This document shows, one piece after another, positions 29,315 to 40,056 of a DNA stretch of 64,000 bases. A program made the position numbers and the translations under genes. The notes beneath the pieces are model-generated. The model searched no databases. It had not been told where the DNA came from and saw nothing but the letters and a program-made list of their open reading frames with translations. Where the stretch lies: positions 1-64,000 of the IMG/VR virus record IMGVR_UViG_3300032030_000025. One strand, written 5' to 3'. Within the stretch, counting starts at the first letter, position 1, and each line of letters opens with the position of its first letter. Source of the stretch: an uncultured virus (IMG/VR IMGVR_UViG_3300032030_000025) (Duplodnaviria > Heunggongvirae > Uroviricota > Caudoviricetes).

Positions 29315-32300
29315 ATGGAACAAGCAAGTAAGAATAGGTTACAATTTGTACACCATGACGAATGTTTCCAAACAAGGGAAGAGGCAATAGCATATATCGA
29401 GAACGGTCAGACACTTGACCGTCCAACACTTTATGCAGAGCCAATGGTGCTCAAATACGGTGATTCAGCTAATCCAAACATCATATTGGCAATCGGTTCA
29501 GTAGGAAACGGTGTGGCAAGTACTGCAAACAGGACTTTCTATATCGATTCGGCAGACATCGAAGGCTCAATACAAGAACTTGCTGAAAGGGTAGATGCTG
29601 ACGAGCAAGCAATCGATGCTATAAGCGGTATGGTGTCCAACGTAATGGCAAGTTGCGGTTTGAAGGAAGATGGTACACTTTCACCATTCGAAAATGTAAT
29701 CATTGACGATAGCGGCTCATTGGCAGAAGCTGTAGAGACATTGGCAGATTATGTCAAGGGAATGGAAGAAAGACTGACCATCACAGTAGAAGATACAAAT
29801 ACGGTTGACTTGGCACTTGAAAACGGCAAACTCACAGCCGATTCGGTGTTTCCAACCAAGTTCTCTTTCGATGGTAGGGTTTTCCTTACAAATCAGCTAA
29901 ACAAGGAGGATGTCGAGGGTAACAAGAGCGGACATTTCATCAATGTTGACCTTGCATATGAAGGAAACGGAGAGCCATTGCAGCTTGTAGTCAATGGTGA
30001 TATTGTAAAGGAAATACCAATACCAGAGGAAATACACGTTATATCTGGTACTTATGACCAATTCAAGGAGGCTCTTGTGATTTCATTGTCTGATAACAGT
30101 AAGATTGAAATCAGCCTTGAGAGATTGGCAGCAGAATTGAGGGTTATCACACCAAGAACATCACCAGTTGAACTTAAGATTGAAAGGGTCGGTCCAACAA
30201 CAGTGGATGGACAAGACGAGTACAAGAGCATCTTGTCAACCAAGGTGTATGTATCAAGTGATGCAGACAACATCATTGAAATACAAGACGATGGTGAATC
30301 AGATGCAAGATTGTACGTTAAGGGTACAGCAGACAATATAAAGTACAAGAACGGTACTGTGGATGATGCGTTGAATTCGCTTGAATCAGCAGTAAGCAAC
30401 GAGACAGACCGTGCGATTGAAGCAGAAGAAGCACTTGAAGCAAAGATTGCAAGCTTGAGTGGTTCAACAGAAGGTTTGCAAGAACAGCTTGACAATGAAT
30501 CTGTTGAAAGACAAGAGTCTGATTCTGAATTGAACCAGAAGATTGATGCTGTGAGCGGATATGCAAATGCAATAAGCGGACAAGTTCATTCAAAGGAATA
30601 TGAAATCAAGGAGTTGATTAGAGAGACAAGCGGTGATTTGCAGTCTAATATAGACGCAGTAGACAAGCATCGTACATTGAAGATTGAACAGATTGGCTCT
30701 GAAAACCTCAAGCTTTTGGTCGATGATTCAACTCCAAATGCGACATATCTAAACGGTTATGTTAAGGTTCTTGATTCGAACGACAACATCATCGAGGGTG
30801 GCAATAGCATTGTCGGTGGAGCATTGTACGCAACAGCAAAGATGAGCTATTCACCAAAGCTAAATGCAATCACTTTTGAGACAAGCGGACCAAGACAAGG
30901 CAACATCTCTACATTCTACCTTAACAATGCCGACCTTAGCTATGATACAGCAACAAATGAATTGACATATACATATACTATTGCTGGTTCATTAAGCGGT
31001 TCCACAATGGCATCAAAGACTTGGAAACTTAATTCGTTCGGTGTTGTTGACCATATCGACTACAACCAAGAATTGGAGCAGCTTGAGATTTACTACAAGG
31101 ATGCTGGTGGTGATATGCAGAAGATTGAAGTACCAGTTGGAGACTTGTTCAACGAGCTTACAGTTGAAGATACCAATACAGTCAACTTGACCAAAGAGAG
31201 AAGGGTTGATGGTAGTGATTTATTGTCAGCAGATGTAAACATAAGTCATAATGAAGGTAATATGCTTTCTGCAAGAAATGACGGTTTGTACGTACCATCA
31301 AGTGGTATCACTGCAAATGCAGCAGCAATTGCTGAATTGAGCGGTAAGACCACTGAAAACACAAGCAACATTTCTGAACTTTCTGCGACAGTTGCTACAC
31401 ACGAAAGCAGAATAGAGACTCTTGAAGCCAATTCTTCAGCAGCCGAAAGCGAAATAGAGGATTTGTCAGAAAGAGTTGCTTCGGCAGAATCAAGGCTTGA
31501 CACATTGCAAGGCAATGCAATGGTCGAAGGCTCTGTTGCAAAGTCTGTAGCAGATGCCTTGGCAGAAGCAAAGGGCTATACTGACGAGAAGGTTGATGCA
31601 GTGACACTCGAAGGTTCAAGTGCAATCACAGTTGATTATTCAACCAAGACAGTAAGCCTTAAAATCAATGCCGACTTGAACAGCGAAGGCTATTTGAAGT
31701 CAAGTGATAATGGTATATATGTTAGCGGTATCAATGATGCAGTTTCGGCTGCAATAAGCGGCAAGGCTGATGTTGACAGCGTATATACAAAGGCTGAAAG
31801 CGATGCCAAGTTTACAACCAAGGAGGAAACAAGCGCAATTGATGAACGTTTGGCAAATGCTGAATCAAGCATTTCTACGTTGAACAGCAATGAACTTGTT
31901 GAAGGTTCTGTGGCTTACACAGCAAAGCAGTACGCTGATGATGTAAGACATTATGCTGAAACACTTGGCGATAGGATTGATGCAAATGATGGAGCCATTT
32001 CCACATTGAACGGAAACGAGTTGCAAGAGGGTTCTGTAGCTTATACAGCAAAGCAGTATGCTGATGCAGTGAAGGATTACACCGACACAGTGAAGGGCGA
32101 GTTGAATGACAAGATTGATGATGCTCAAACAGAAATTGACGAGAGTGTCAAGAATGTTGCCTTGAACAAGCACGATGACAACGAGCGTACATATGACTTG
32201 GTATATACATTGAATAACGGTATTGCAATAACAGGTGGTACTTTGAACATTCCAGAAGACAAGTTCTTGAAGAGTGTTTCTTATGACCCAATCACAAAGA

Positions 32301-34591
32301 ACCTCACCTTTGTATTCAATGTCGAAAGCGGTACTACTACAGAGGTGATTAACGTTGGAGACTTGGTTGACACATATTATGGCGGTGAAACAACAACCAT
32401 AAGTGAAAATCATATCATTGAGGTTAAGGTGTGTGACCACGAGCACAACGAATACTTGAAGGTTTGCCAAGATGGTTTGTTTGTAGGTGGTGTGGATGAA
32501 GCTATTAGCGCAGCAACAAGCGGCAAGGCTGATGCAGACAGCGTATATACAAAGGCTGAAAGCGATGCCAAGTACGCAACCAAGGAGGAAACAAGCGCAA
32601 TTGAGGGAAGATTGTCAGATGCAGAAACAAATATTGCAGCGCTTGAAAACAGTGTTGCAACCATCGGAAGCAGTTTGTCTGCACTTGGAGATAGGGTTTC
32701 AGCAAATGAGCAAGCCATTACCACATTGAACGGAAACGAGTTGCAAGAGGGTTCTGTAGCTTACACTGCAAAGCAGTATGCCGATGCTGTAAGGAATGGT
32801 CTTACTCCAAGAGTAGATGCACTTGAGTCAAATGTTAATAGAATAAGCGGTGATGTTGCAACAAATACAAGCCATATTGCCGAATTGAGCTCATATACAT
32901 ATAGCATACTTGACAGTGCAAATGCATATACTAATGAGAAGGTTGAAGAATTGAACCAAGACATAGCTGAATGCAACGAAAGTATTGGCAACCTTATAAG
33001 TGATTTGGTTTCAACAAGTGGCGCTTTGCAGACAGCAATTGACCAGAAGGCAAATGCTAGTGACGTATACACCAAGAGTGAAGTATATAACAAGGAAGAG
33101 ATTGACTCTATGATTGGTGGTATACCTTCATATAGTGGAGATATTACCGAATTGAGCGGACAAGTTCAAACTGTAAGCGGACAAGTACAGACAATCAGTG
33201 GACAAGTTGAAACAACTAACAGCAAGATTGATACTGTAAGTGGTCAAGTTGGTACATTAAGCGGTCAAGTACAGACAATCAGTGGTCAAGTTGGAACAGT
33301 AAGTGGACAAGTTGAAACCACTAATGGAAAGATTGATACATTGAGCGGTCAAGTTATAACATTGAGCGGACAAGTACAGACAATCAGTGGACAAGTTGAA
33401 ACAGTAAGCGGTACTGCAAACAATGCCCTTGATTTAGCAAATGAAATCAAGTTGAAGTACAATTGGATTGTTGCAGATTCTCCAACAGTTGATTTGACAA
33501 AGAGTGACAGCACAAACAGTGGTTCTACGTTGACAGCAGATGTCAAGATTTCAACAGCAAGAAACAATGCTCTTAAGGCAGACACAAGCGGCTTGTATGT
33601 CGGTTTGTCCAATTTGACATACAGTACAGCTGGTAATGAACTTACATTTACAAACTCAAATGGAGAAAGCACAATCTTGAGGTTGAATTCAGTTGATGTT
33701 GTAAAGAGCATCTATTATGATGGTGCATCAAATGAACTTGTATTCGTATACACAGCAGAAGGTGTTGAGAAGACCACAAGAATTGATGCTACTGCATTCT
33801 TCAAGGGCATCTTTGGTACTTATGACGGAAACGTTAAGGTAGAAACCTATTTGGCTCCATCTGGTAGCAGTCAGAATGTTGCAACAGCAATTACTGCAAA
33901 TCTTGATGTCAATAGAATCATTAGCACTGGTGATTCATTCACAAAGTATGTTCAAGTTGAGTTCAGAAAGAGTGCTGACAACACCATTTTGGGTTATGTC
34001 GGTATTTCAACACTTGACAGTAATGTATTGACAAAGGACAGTGACAATGAGTTGTATGTTCCAAAGGAGGCAACCAACTATACTTGCATATATAGTGGCG
34101 AGACCGCAACTGTTCAAGAGGCAATTTCCGACTTGGAGAGGTTGGTAAACAGCAACAGCGATAACATATATAAGGTTGTTGGCGTTACAAGTGCCGATAC
34201 CGAACTTACAGAATATATGTCTGGAAGCAGTTACTTGGAGGAAGCAGAAACTGTTGTTGAAGCATTGCTTACACTTGACGGTAAGATGGCAGAGGCAGCT
34301 GGTGAAATTGAAGAATTGCACGAGGCTGATGCATTGCTTGCACAAGAGATTATGGACTTGCAGAACAAGACCGCAATTGAGGGAATTGACACCAATTCTG
34401 CTGACATTACAGTGGTGACTACAAGTGCAAGGACTGACCAACCAACCACAATCCAAGTTGATGTCAAGTTGTCCGAACAGAACATTACCGATGAAAGTGA
34501 AAGCCAAAGAGGTGAGAATATACTTCAAATCCTTAATGACGGTTTGTATTTTGGAGGTATTATCGACTGTGGTTCATATGACGATGATTAA
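29315..34591 (+). CDS. Long fibre-like virion protein
   Basis: 1758 aa; coiled coils, VEDTNTVxL repeats, NGNELQEGSVAYTAKQYAD repeats, SGQV heptads. Confidence 0.75.
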   Translation: MEQASKNRLQFVHHDECFQTREEAIAYIENGQTLDRPTLYAEPMVLKYGDSANPNIILAIGSVGNGVASTANRTFYIDSADIEGSIQELAERVDADEQAIDAISGMVSNVMASCGLKEDGTLSPFENVIIDDSGSLAEAVETLADYVKGMEERLTITVEDTNTVDLALENGKLTADSVFPTKFSFDGRVFLTNQLNKEDVEGNKSGHFINVDLAYEGNGEPLQLVVNGDIVKEIPIPEEIHVISGTYDQFKEALVISLSDNSKIEISLERLAAELRVITPRTSPVELKIERVGPTTVDGQDEYKSILSTKVYVSSDADNIIEIQDDGESDARLYVKGTADNIKYKNGTVDDALNSLESAVSNETDRAIEAEEALEAKIASLSGSTEGLQEQLDNESVERQESDSELNQKIDAVSGYANAISGQVHSKEYEIKELIRETSGDLQSNIDAVDKHRTLKIEQIGSENLKLLVDDSTPNATYLNGYVKVLDSNDNIIEGGNSIVGGALYATAKMSYSPKLNAITFETSGPRQGNISTFYLNNADLSYDTATNELTYTYTIAGSLSGSTMASKTWKLNSFGVVDHIDYNQELEQLEIYYKDAGGDMQKIEVPVGDLFNELTVEDTNTVNLTKERRVDGSDLLSADVNISHNEGNMLSARNDGLYVPSSGITANAAAIAELSGKTTENTSNISELSATVATHESRIETLEANSSAAESEIEDLSERVASAESRLDTLQGNAMVEGSVAKSVADALAEAKGYTDEKVDAVTLEGSSAITVDYSTKTVSLKINADLNSEGYLKSSDNGIYVSGINDAVSAAISGKADVDSVYTKAESDAKFTTKEETSAIDERLANAESSISTLNSNELVEGSVAYTAKQYADDVRHYAETLGDRIDANDGAISTLNGNELQEGSVAYTAKQYADAVKDYTDTVKGELNDKIDDAQTEIDESVKNVALNKHDDNERTYDLVYTLNNGIAITGGTLNIPEDKFLKSVSYDPITKNLTFVFNVESGTTTEVINVGDLVDTYYGGETTTISENHIIEVKVCDHEHNEYLKVCQDGLFVGGVDEAISAATSGKADADSVYTKAESDAKYATKEETSAIEGRLSDAETNIAALENSVATIGSSLSALGDRVSANEQAITTLNGNELQEGSVAYTAKQYADAVRNGLTPRVDALESNVNRISGDVATNTSHIAELSSYTYSILDSANAYTNEKVEELNQDIAECNESIGNLISDLVSTSGALQTAIDQKANASDVYTKSEVYNKEEIDSMIGGIPSYSGDITELSGQVQTVSGQVQTISGQVETTNSKIDTVSGQVGTLSGQVQTISGQVGTVSGQVETTNGKIDTLSGQVITLSGQVQTISGQVETVSGTANNALDLANEIKLKYNWIVADSPTVDLTKSDSTNSGSTLTADVKISTARNNALKADTSGLYVGLSNLTYSTAGNELTFTNSNGESTILRLNSVDVVKSIYYDGASNELVFVYTAEGVEKTTRIDATAFFKGIFGTYDGNVKVETYLAPSGSSQNVATAITANLDVNRIISTGDSFTKYVQVEFRKSADNTILGYVGISTLDSNVLTKDSDNELYVPKEATNYTCIYSGETATVQEAISDLERLVNSNSDNIYKVVGVTSADTELTEYMSGSSYLEEAETVVEALLTLDGKMAEAAGEIEELHEADALLAQEIMDLQNKTAIEGIDTNSADITVVTTSARTDQPTTIQVDVKLSEQNITDESESQRGENILQILNDGLYFGGIIDCGSYDDD
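31755..32790 (+). repeat. Internal near-identical DNA duplications in the fibre gene
   Basis: AAGCGGCAAGGCTGAT...GAGGAAACAAGCGCAATTGA near 31756 and 32518; CCACATTGAACGGAAACGAGTTGCAAGAGGGTTCTGTAGCTTA at 32001 and 32721. Confidence 0.85.
33150..33415 (+). repeat. Tandem 21-bp (heptad) repeats encoding [LIV]SGQV[QEG]T
   Basis: LSGQVQTVSGQVQTISGQVET... about 10 copies. Confidence 0.9.
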
Positions 34592-34745
34592 TGATAAAAA
34601 AATGTTGGATACAGATGTTTGTACGCTGTATTCAACATTTTTTTTAAAAATATAAAAAAAATAGTGGATGTTTTGATTAATATTCCATATTTATATGTAA
34701 GTGAATAAAAAAAAATAATAACTAAAAAATAAAAACATTTAAAAA

Positions 34746-36230
34746 ATGGCACTTAGACATTTACAACTTTTAAGAAACAAGCCTATTGCTCAAAAAGGTA
34801 GAGAAGCAGCAAAGAATGCGGCAAAAACAGCAGCAGAAGATTTGAAGGATGGCGAACTTATTGTTGCAAGATATTTGATTGATACTGGTGGTACACCTTC
34901 AGAGACAAATACCGCAATTGCTTTAGGTTTTAGAGTAGATGATGGTACAAATGCAGCTCATACTGTATTCTATGACCAAAGAGAATTAGAAGAAAAGATT
35001 AGTGGCTTAACTGGCAGCACTGAAGCTTTGGAAAAGGCTGTTGGTGTTAACCATAATGAGTCATCTATTACTAGTCACGTAAGTAGTACAAATTATATTA
35101 GTGGTGCGACTAGTGTTGTTAGTGGTTTGACAGCTCTTGATACTCAATTGAAGGCTACTGATGATATTGCTAAAGAAGTTAGAGCAGCAGTTGGTAGTTC
35201 AGCTAATACATTGACAGCAAATGGAAGCTATGTACAACCAAATCAAACTGTTAAGGAAGCAGTCCAAGCATTAGATACTCAATTGAAGCAAGCTACTGAT
35301 TCAACAGTTAAAGCTCACACTTTACTTGGCACTACATCTGGAGATACAGAATTTAGTGCAAATGGTACTTATGTAAATGGAAAGACAACTGTTAAAGCTG
35401 CGGTAGAAGCTTTGGATAGTGCAATCGTTAACAATGACGCAGCAGATGCTAATTTGAGAGCTGTTGTTGGTGTTGGTTCTGGAGCAACAACATTGACTAT
35501 ACCTGAACCAAATTATGTTGGTACATCACCTCAAGTAAGTGGGGCAATCAAGACCTTGGATACTGTTGAGAAGAATACAAGAGATGCTATTGGATTAGAT
35601 GGTAGTGGTAACACAATCTCGTTGGATGGTACAAACTATATGTCTACTGCAACAACAGTGAAGAGCGGTTTGACAGCTCTTGATTCAAACTTGGCAGCAT
35701 TGAGTGGCGCAGTTACAACTAATAAGATTAATCCTACAGACACAATTGCAGTTACAACAGCAGATACTGGAACTACACTTGATGTAAAGATAAGCACATC
35801 TGCAACAGAGCCATCAACATCTGGTAGTGAAGTTGATATGCACAAGAATATCATTTCTGCAACAACAGATGGTTTGTATGCTTTTGCTGATTTGCACTAT
35901 ACAGCTTCAACAAATACTTTGGAATTTGTTAACACTTACGGCAAAAAGTCTGTTCAATTGACTGGTTTGAAGGCTATTAAGGATGTTGGATACAACTTAT
36001 CTGCTGAAACCATTGAAATCGTATTTGAAACAACTAGCGGTGACAGTAAGGTTGACATTCCAATGGCTGGTCTTATCAATGAATTTGAATTTATTGGTTC
36101 TAGTGAGAGTGGTGCAACACAAGCAAGCGCATCTCAACACAATGTTTCATTGGTTGAAGTAAGAGATACTGGAGCTGGTACATCAAAGATTTATGGTGAA
36201 GTTAGTATCTTTGACTGTGGTACATACTAA
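34746..36230 (+). CDS. Fibre-like virion protein with ALDxxL repeats
   Basis: N-terminal LRHLQLLRN..KDGELIVARY; repeated Y....TV..A..ALD; C-terminal FDCGTY. Confidence 0.7.
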   Translation: MALRHLQLLRNKPIAQKGREAAKNAAKTAAEDLKDGELIVARYLIDTGGTPSETNTAIALGFRVDDGTNAAHTVFYDQRELEEKISGLTGSTEALEKAVGVNHNESSITSHVSSTNYISGATSVVSGLTALDTQLKATDDIAKEVRAAVGSSANTLTANGSYVQPNQTVKEAVQALDTQLKQATDSTVKAHTLLGTTSGDTEFSANGTYVNGKTTVKAAVEALDSAIVNNDAADANLRAVVGVGSGATTLTIPEPNYVGTSPQVSGAIKTLDTVEKNTRDAIGLDGSGNTISLDGTNYMSTATTVKSGLTALDSNLAALSGAVTTNKINPTDTIAVTTADTGTTLDVKISTSATEPSTSGSEVDMHKNIISATTDGLYAFADLHYTASTNTLEFVNTYGKKSVQLTGLKAIKDVGYNLSAETIEIVFETTSGDSKVDIPMAGLINEFEFIGSSESGATQASASQHNVSLVEVRDTGAGTSKIYGEVSIFDCGTY

Positions 36231-36246
36231 TTGTTTGATATTTAAT

Positions 36247-36285
36247 AAAAAAATAGATGGCAAATTAATGTCATCTATTTTTTTT
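36247..36285. terminator. Bidirectional intrinsic terminator
   Basis: AAAAAATAGATGGCA / TGTCATCTATTTTTT between convergent genes. Confidence 0.8.
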
Positions 36286-36721
36286 ATAGTACCACATATT
36301 CTTTTTTTGCAAAGTCCTCACCAATGAAATAGTTGTATTTTTTAGCCCAATTCTCCAATTTTAGTTTATAATCTTTTGATTCATCTAGCAGTGGGTATAT
36401 TCCTTTCAGAACAGATTGGCTATATGGTTTTGCATTTAGCAGTCTGAAGAAATCATCTCTGTTAAGTTTCAAAGTTCTTTTTTCTGTATCTGAAGAGTCT
36501 GTTGTTTCTTGCAGACTATGCGTACCATTTTCGTTTTGCACAAGTTCCAATGTAAGGCTTTTTGGCTGATGCTCTTCAGTATTATCTTCTTGTTTTATAG
36601 TTTCACTGAAAATAATTTCGATGGAATTTTCCTTTTCATTGAAAGATATAGATATTTGATTTCCATTGAAATTTATTGTATGCTCGTGAAGTTGTTTTAG
36701 TTCGTCTATCCCTATTTTCAT
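36284..36721 (-). CDS. Hypothetical protein
   Basis: ORF in operon. Confidence 0.65.
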   Translation of the reverse strand: MKIGIDELKQLHEHTINFNGNQISISFNEKENSIEIIFSETIKQEDNTEEHQPKSLTLELVQNENGTHSLQETTDSSDTEKRTLKLNRDDFFRLLNAKPYSQSVLKGIYPLLDESKDYKLKLENWAKKYNYFIGEDFAKKEYVVL

Positions 36722-36724
36722 ATA

Positions 36725-39319
36725 TTAGTTATATTTGTCTTCTGTTATTGTCACATCAAGCATTAATGCTTGATTATGGTTATGCATTATCCAAAGGCTA
36801 GTTAGTCGTTCAGCAATGTAACCTCCAATTCTGTATTGATATGATATTTCATTATTTGGGCTGAAGTCTTTAAGATATTTGTCCTTGTTGTTCTTTATTC
36901 TGCTTTCTATGTCAATTCCGACTATTGAGATGTAAGTGTATAGTATTTTTTGCTGGAATTTGACATATTCCAAGAATTCGTCACTTTTCATTATGAACAT
37001 ATTATATGGGAACATTGACTTTCCATTTAACAACTTATTCCATCCATTTATGTAATCTGGGTATAATTCGGCAATTATTCCACTCACAATGTATAGGTCT
37101 TCGATATTGTGCGCATTCTTGTATTGCTCTTTGATGGTTGTCTTGAATGTAAGTATTTTTGGCGCTATTATTTCATATTTGCCGATTAGTTCATCTATAT
37201 TTGGAATATCGTCCATAAAATTAAAATATCGTCTGTAATGACAGAATCCAACATATTTTTTTAGTTTTACTCGTTCAGCCACATAGAAATAAGACATTAT
37301 CTCTGAATAGAAGCTACCTTTTAAGTCACCCCACGAATCGTTGTTTATTAACCGTGAGTCAACAATTTTGTATATGTTGTTCGTGAGAGGTGGTTTGAAA
37401 TCAGTGTGGGTGCAAATGAAAATGTCCAAATCGTTTGGTTTGATATTTTTTTGATTGTCAACAGATTTATTTGCAACAACACTTTTAAGAAAGTTTTTGA
37501 CATTATTCATAAATTTGTCGTATGAATAATGAGATAAAATTTCATTCTGTGTATCAATTATTTGTTTTCTTTCTAGGCTGTTTAAAGATAATATTCTTTC
37601 TGCCACTTCAGATAAATTTGATTCATTTTCTGATAAATTAAAGAAAGTTCCTTTATTGAAAGTTACTTCTTTAAAACATTCATTTTCATTAAGCAGAGCG
37701 ATACATTCCATTTTATATGATTCTAGTATTGGCATTCCAAATCCTTCATATTCAGAAGAAAAAACAAAGAATTTTGCGTACTTGTATAGTGTAGCAAGCA
37801 TTGTTTCGTCAGCAAAAATAGTGTGACTTCTCTTGAATATTTTGTTTTGCTTCAGCCATTTGATTTCGTATTCATTAAATTCTGAACCAGTACATACAAG
37901 ATGTATGTTTTTATGCTTTCTTAAGAATGGAGAAATGTGTTTCAAGAACCAATCAAATCTTTTATAACCCCATCTTGTACCTACATACAATATGTAATCA
38001 TAATCAAACGGATTATTGTTATAATATGAAGTTCCAAACGTTGGGTTCAAAGCACGGCTTATTACGTGTATTTTCTTTTCATCTACATTTAATAGCCTAA
38101 TCAAATCCTTTTTGGTGCATTCTGTGTTTACTTCTATTGCAGATGCTTTTTGTACCATTTTTCGTTTCCCTATAATTTGTAGGTCATTTGGTGGAAACAT
38201 ACTAGTATATATTTCTGGAATCATATCGTGGACAGACATAACAAAAGGTTTATCACCTATATAATCCAAAAAATAAGTATTGTAGAAAGTGGGATAGAAT
38301 ATATCGAAATTACCTTTTGATAATTGTTCAATAGCATCTTGTGAAAAAGAAGTATCACCACTTTCGATTAATTCAGATAAATACTTGTTATTTGTTTTAG
38401 AAATAGCAAATTTGCCAACGAAATCTTGATAATTTCCTTTGGTTAACCCAATACCATTGTAATTATTTATTATTTCACTGTTATTTAAACCATTTGCAAT
38501 GTCAATATATAATCGAGATATTCCACCAAATTTCTGTAAACTATATATTTGACCATCGAATAAAATTTCAATTGGTTTTACCCAAGTTTCCTTATTGTTT
38601 TTGATTCTTGCTGCAATTATTGGGCTTGTTTTCTTGTTCAGTATACCATTTTCAGAATTTATAGTCTCTATATCATATATTTTTGAAAGCATAGAAAAAA
38701 CAGATTGGTCGTGCCTATTTTCTATAAAATTAGGGCGATTTGGTATTGAACTTTTTTCATCAGTGCATAAATGGAAATGATTTGTCATTACATCATACCA
38801 TTGATTTACAAAATCAACTGACTTTGGTTTTTTTGAAATAATTAATATACCAGCTCCACATTGTATGGCATTGTCAAAAATATCAATATTGTGTTTATTG
38901 TATGTTTTATTTATATAATCATATAAATCCATTCTAGTGAAGTTGTTCTCAACATAAGGTCCATAACAAGGGCTTAATATTCCACTTTCTGAATTTGTAG
39001 CTATATCAATCCATTTTTTCAACTCAAGTCTGTTGTTATATATAAACATACATCCACAGTCAGCATAAACAACAATATCACCATCTGTTAATGTTTCCAA
39101 TTCCTTTTTGATGATATATGGTTTCCAAGACCAATAGCCATAACCTCTTTTGAATTCTTTAAAGAAAGAGCCGTTAGTCTTTAAGAATTGTTCGTCAAAG
39201 TCATTTTCTGTATATACTTTTATATCACTAAACAAATTCATATTTCTTGCTTCAAAGGAAATTCTTTCAGTAGAAAAATTGGATTCGGTGTTGGCAAACG
39301 TGATAAAATTTATTTTCAT
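36725..39319 (-). CDS. Three-domain glycosyltransferase fusion (GT-A-like + GT4 + DUF4422-like)
   Basis: RGYGYWSWKP..YADCG..RHDQS; GGISR..HDMIPE..YEGFGMPILE; YSE..YVGFCHYRR..YNMFIM..GYIAER. Confidence 0.8.
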   Translation of the reverse strand: MKINFITFANTESNFSTERISFEARNMNLFSDIKVYTENDFDEQFLKTNGSFFKEFKRGYGYWSWKPYIIKKELETLTDGDIVVYADCGCMFIYNNRLELKKWIDIATNSESGILSPCYGPYVENNFTRMDLYDYINKTYNKHNIDIFDNAIQCGAGILIISKKPKSVDFVNQWYDVMTNHFHLCTDEKSSIPNRPNFIENRHDQSVFSMLSKIYDIETINSENGILNKKTSPIIAARIKNNKETWVKPIEILFDGQIYSLQKFGGISRLYIDIANGLNNSEIINNYNGIGLTKGNYQDFVGKFAISKTNNKYLSELIESGDTSFSQDAIEQLSKGNFDIFYPTFYNTYFLDYIGDKPFVMSVHDMIPEIYTSMFPPNDLQIIGKRKMVQKASAIEVNTECTKKDLIRLLNVDEKKIHVISRALNPTFGTSYYNNNPFDYDYILYVGTRWGYKRFDWFLKHISPFLRKHKNIHLVCTGSEFNEYEIKWLKQNKIFKRSHTIFADETMLATLYKYAKFFVFSSEYEGFGMPILESYKMECIALLNENECFKEVTFNKGTFFNLSENESNLSEVAERILSLNSLERKQIIDTQNEILSHYSYDKFMNNVKNFLKSVVANKSVDNQKNIKPNDLDIFICTHTDFKPPLTNNIYKIVDSRLINNDSWGDLKGSFYSEIMSYFYVAERVKLKKYVGFCHYRRYFNFMDDIPNIDELIGKYEIIAPKILTFKTTIKEQYKNAHNIEDLYIVSGIIAELYPDYINGWNKLLNGKSMFPYNMFIMKSDEFLEYVKFQQKILYTYISIVGIDIESRIKNNKDKYLKDFSPNNEISYQYRIGGYIAERLTSLWIMHNHNQALMLDVTITEDKYN

Positions 39320-39717
39320 ATTTTAACCTCTTTTTCCATTATTATGTTTCTTTGGGCGAGTTTTCCCATAACTTCATCAATATCCATACCATATTGCAGA
39401 ACCAATCTACATGGTTCTGGATATTCATCGTAGTCATCCATATTCTCGTATGCTAGTGCAACACACCCATCCATACAGTCTTGAAACCCGAAACAAGTAG
39501 AGTCTTGAATCAAGTCTAGTTTAATATCTGTTATGAAAGTATATTCCTCGTCATACGAACCTTCGTTTGGAATTAGCTCGTTGCATAGTCCGCAAGGCTT
39601 GTATTCGAAGTTTTCACCGAAGAATGAATCAACGTCATTGGTGAACAGAAGCTTGTATATGTTCTGTCCACCAATGTTTTCACCAATATGCTTTATAAAG
39701 CAGAGTTTCTTATCCAT
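39316..39717 (-). CDS. Hypothetical acidic protein
   Basis: ORF coupled to neighbours. Confidence 0.7.
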   Translation of the reverse strand: MDKKLCFIKHIGENIGGQNIYKLLFTNDVDSFFGENFEYKPCGLCNELIPNEGSYDEEYTFITDIKLDLIQDSTCFGFQDCMDGCVALAYENMDDYDEYPEPCRLVLQYGMDIDEVMGKLAQRNIIMEKEVKI

Positions 39718-40036
39718 TGTTCTTCTTTGATACGTTTAGTTTCTTGTTGAAGTTGTCAAGAACAATCTCATATTTTGTTGTGTATGCACGACAGTCCTTG
39801 TTTACTCCATTCTTGTTTTCCCACCACTTTGTATCACCATTAATTGCTGAAGATGCGTTACTTGTGGCCGCTTCTTGGTCTATAGTTTTTATTTTTTCAC
39901 CGTTGATATAATAATTGCAAGGAAATGCATTGATTTCTAAAGAATCATTTCCTCTTTTTGTAATTTCAACTTTTATACCGTTTTCGATATAACATAGTGA
40001 AGTCAACTTATTTAAGTCGTTAATTGAAAATGTCAT
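39710..40036 (-). CDS. Hypothetical protein
   Basis: ORF in operon. Confidence 0.65.
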   Translation of the reverse strand: MTFSINDLNKLTSLCYIENGIKVEITKRGNDSLEINAFPCNYYINGEKIKTIDQEAATSNASSAINGDTKWWENKNGVNKDCRAYTTKYEIVLDNFNKKLNVSKKNNG

Positions 40037-40056
40037 AATATATATGTTTTAATTGA

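Noticed and set aside
33150..33415. CRISPR-like array
   Set aside because: The repeats are in-frame 21-bp coding heptads with no unique spacers.
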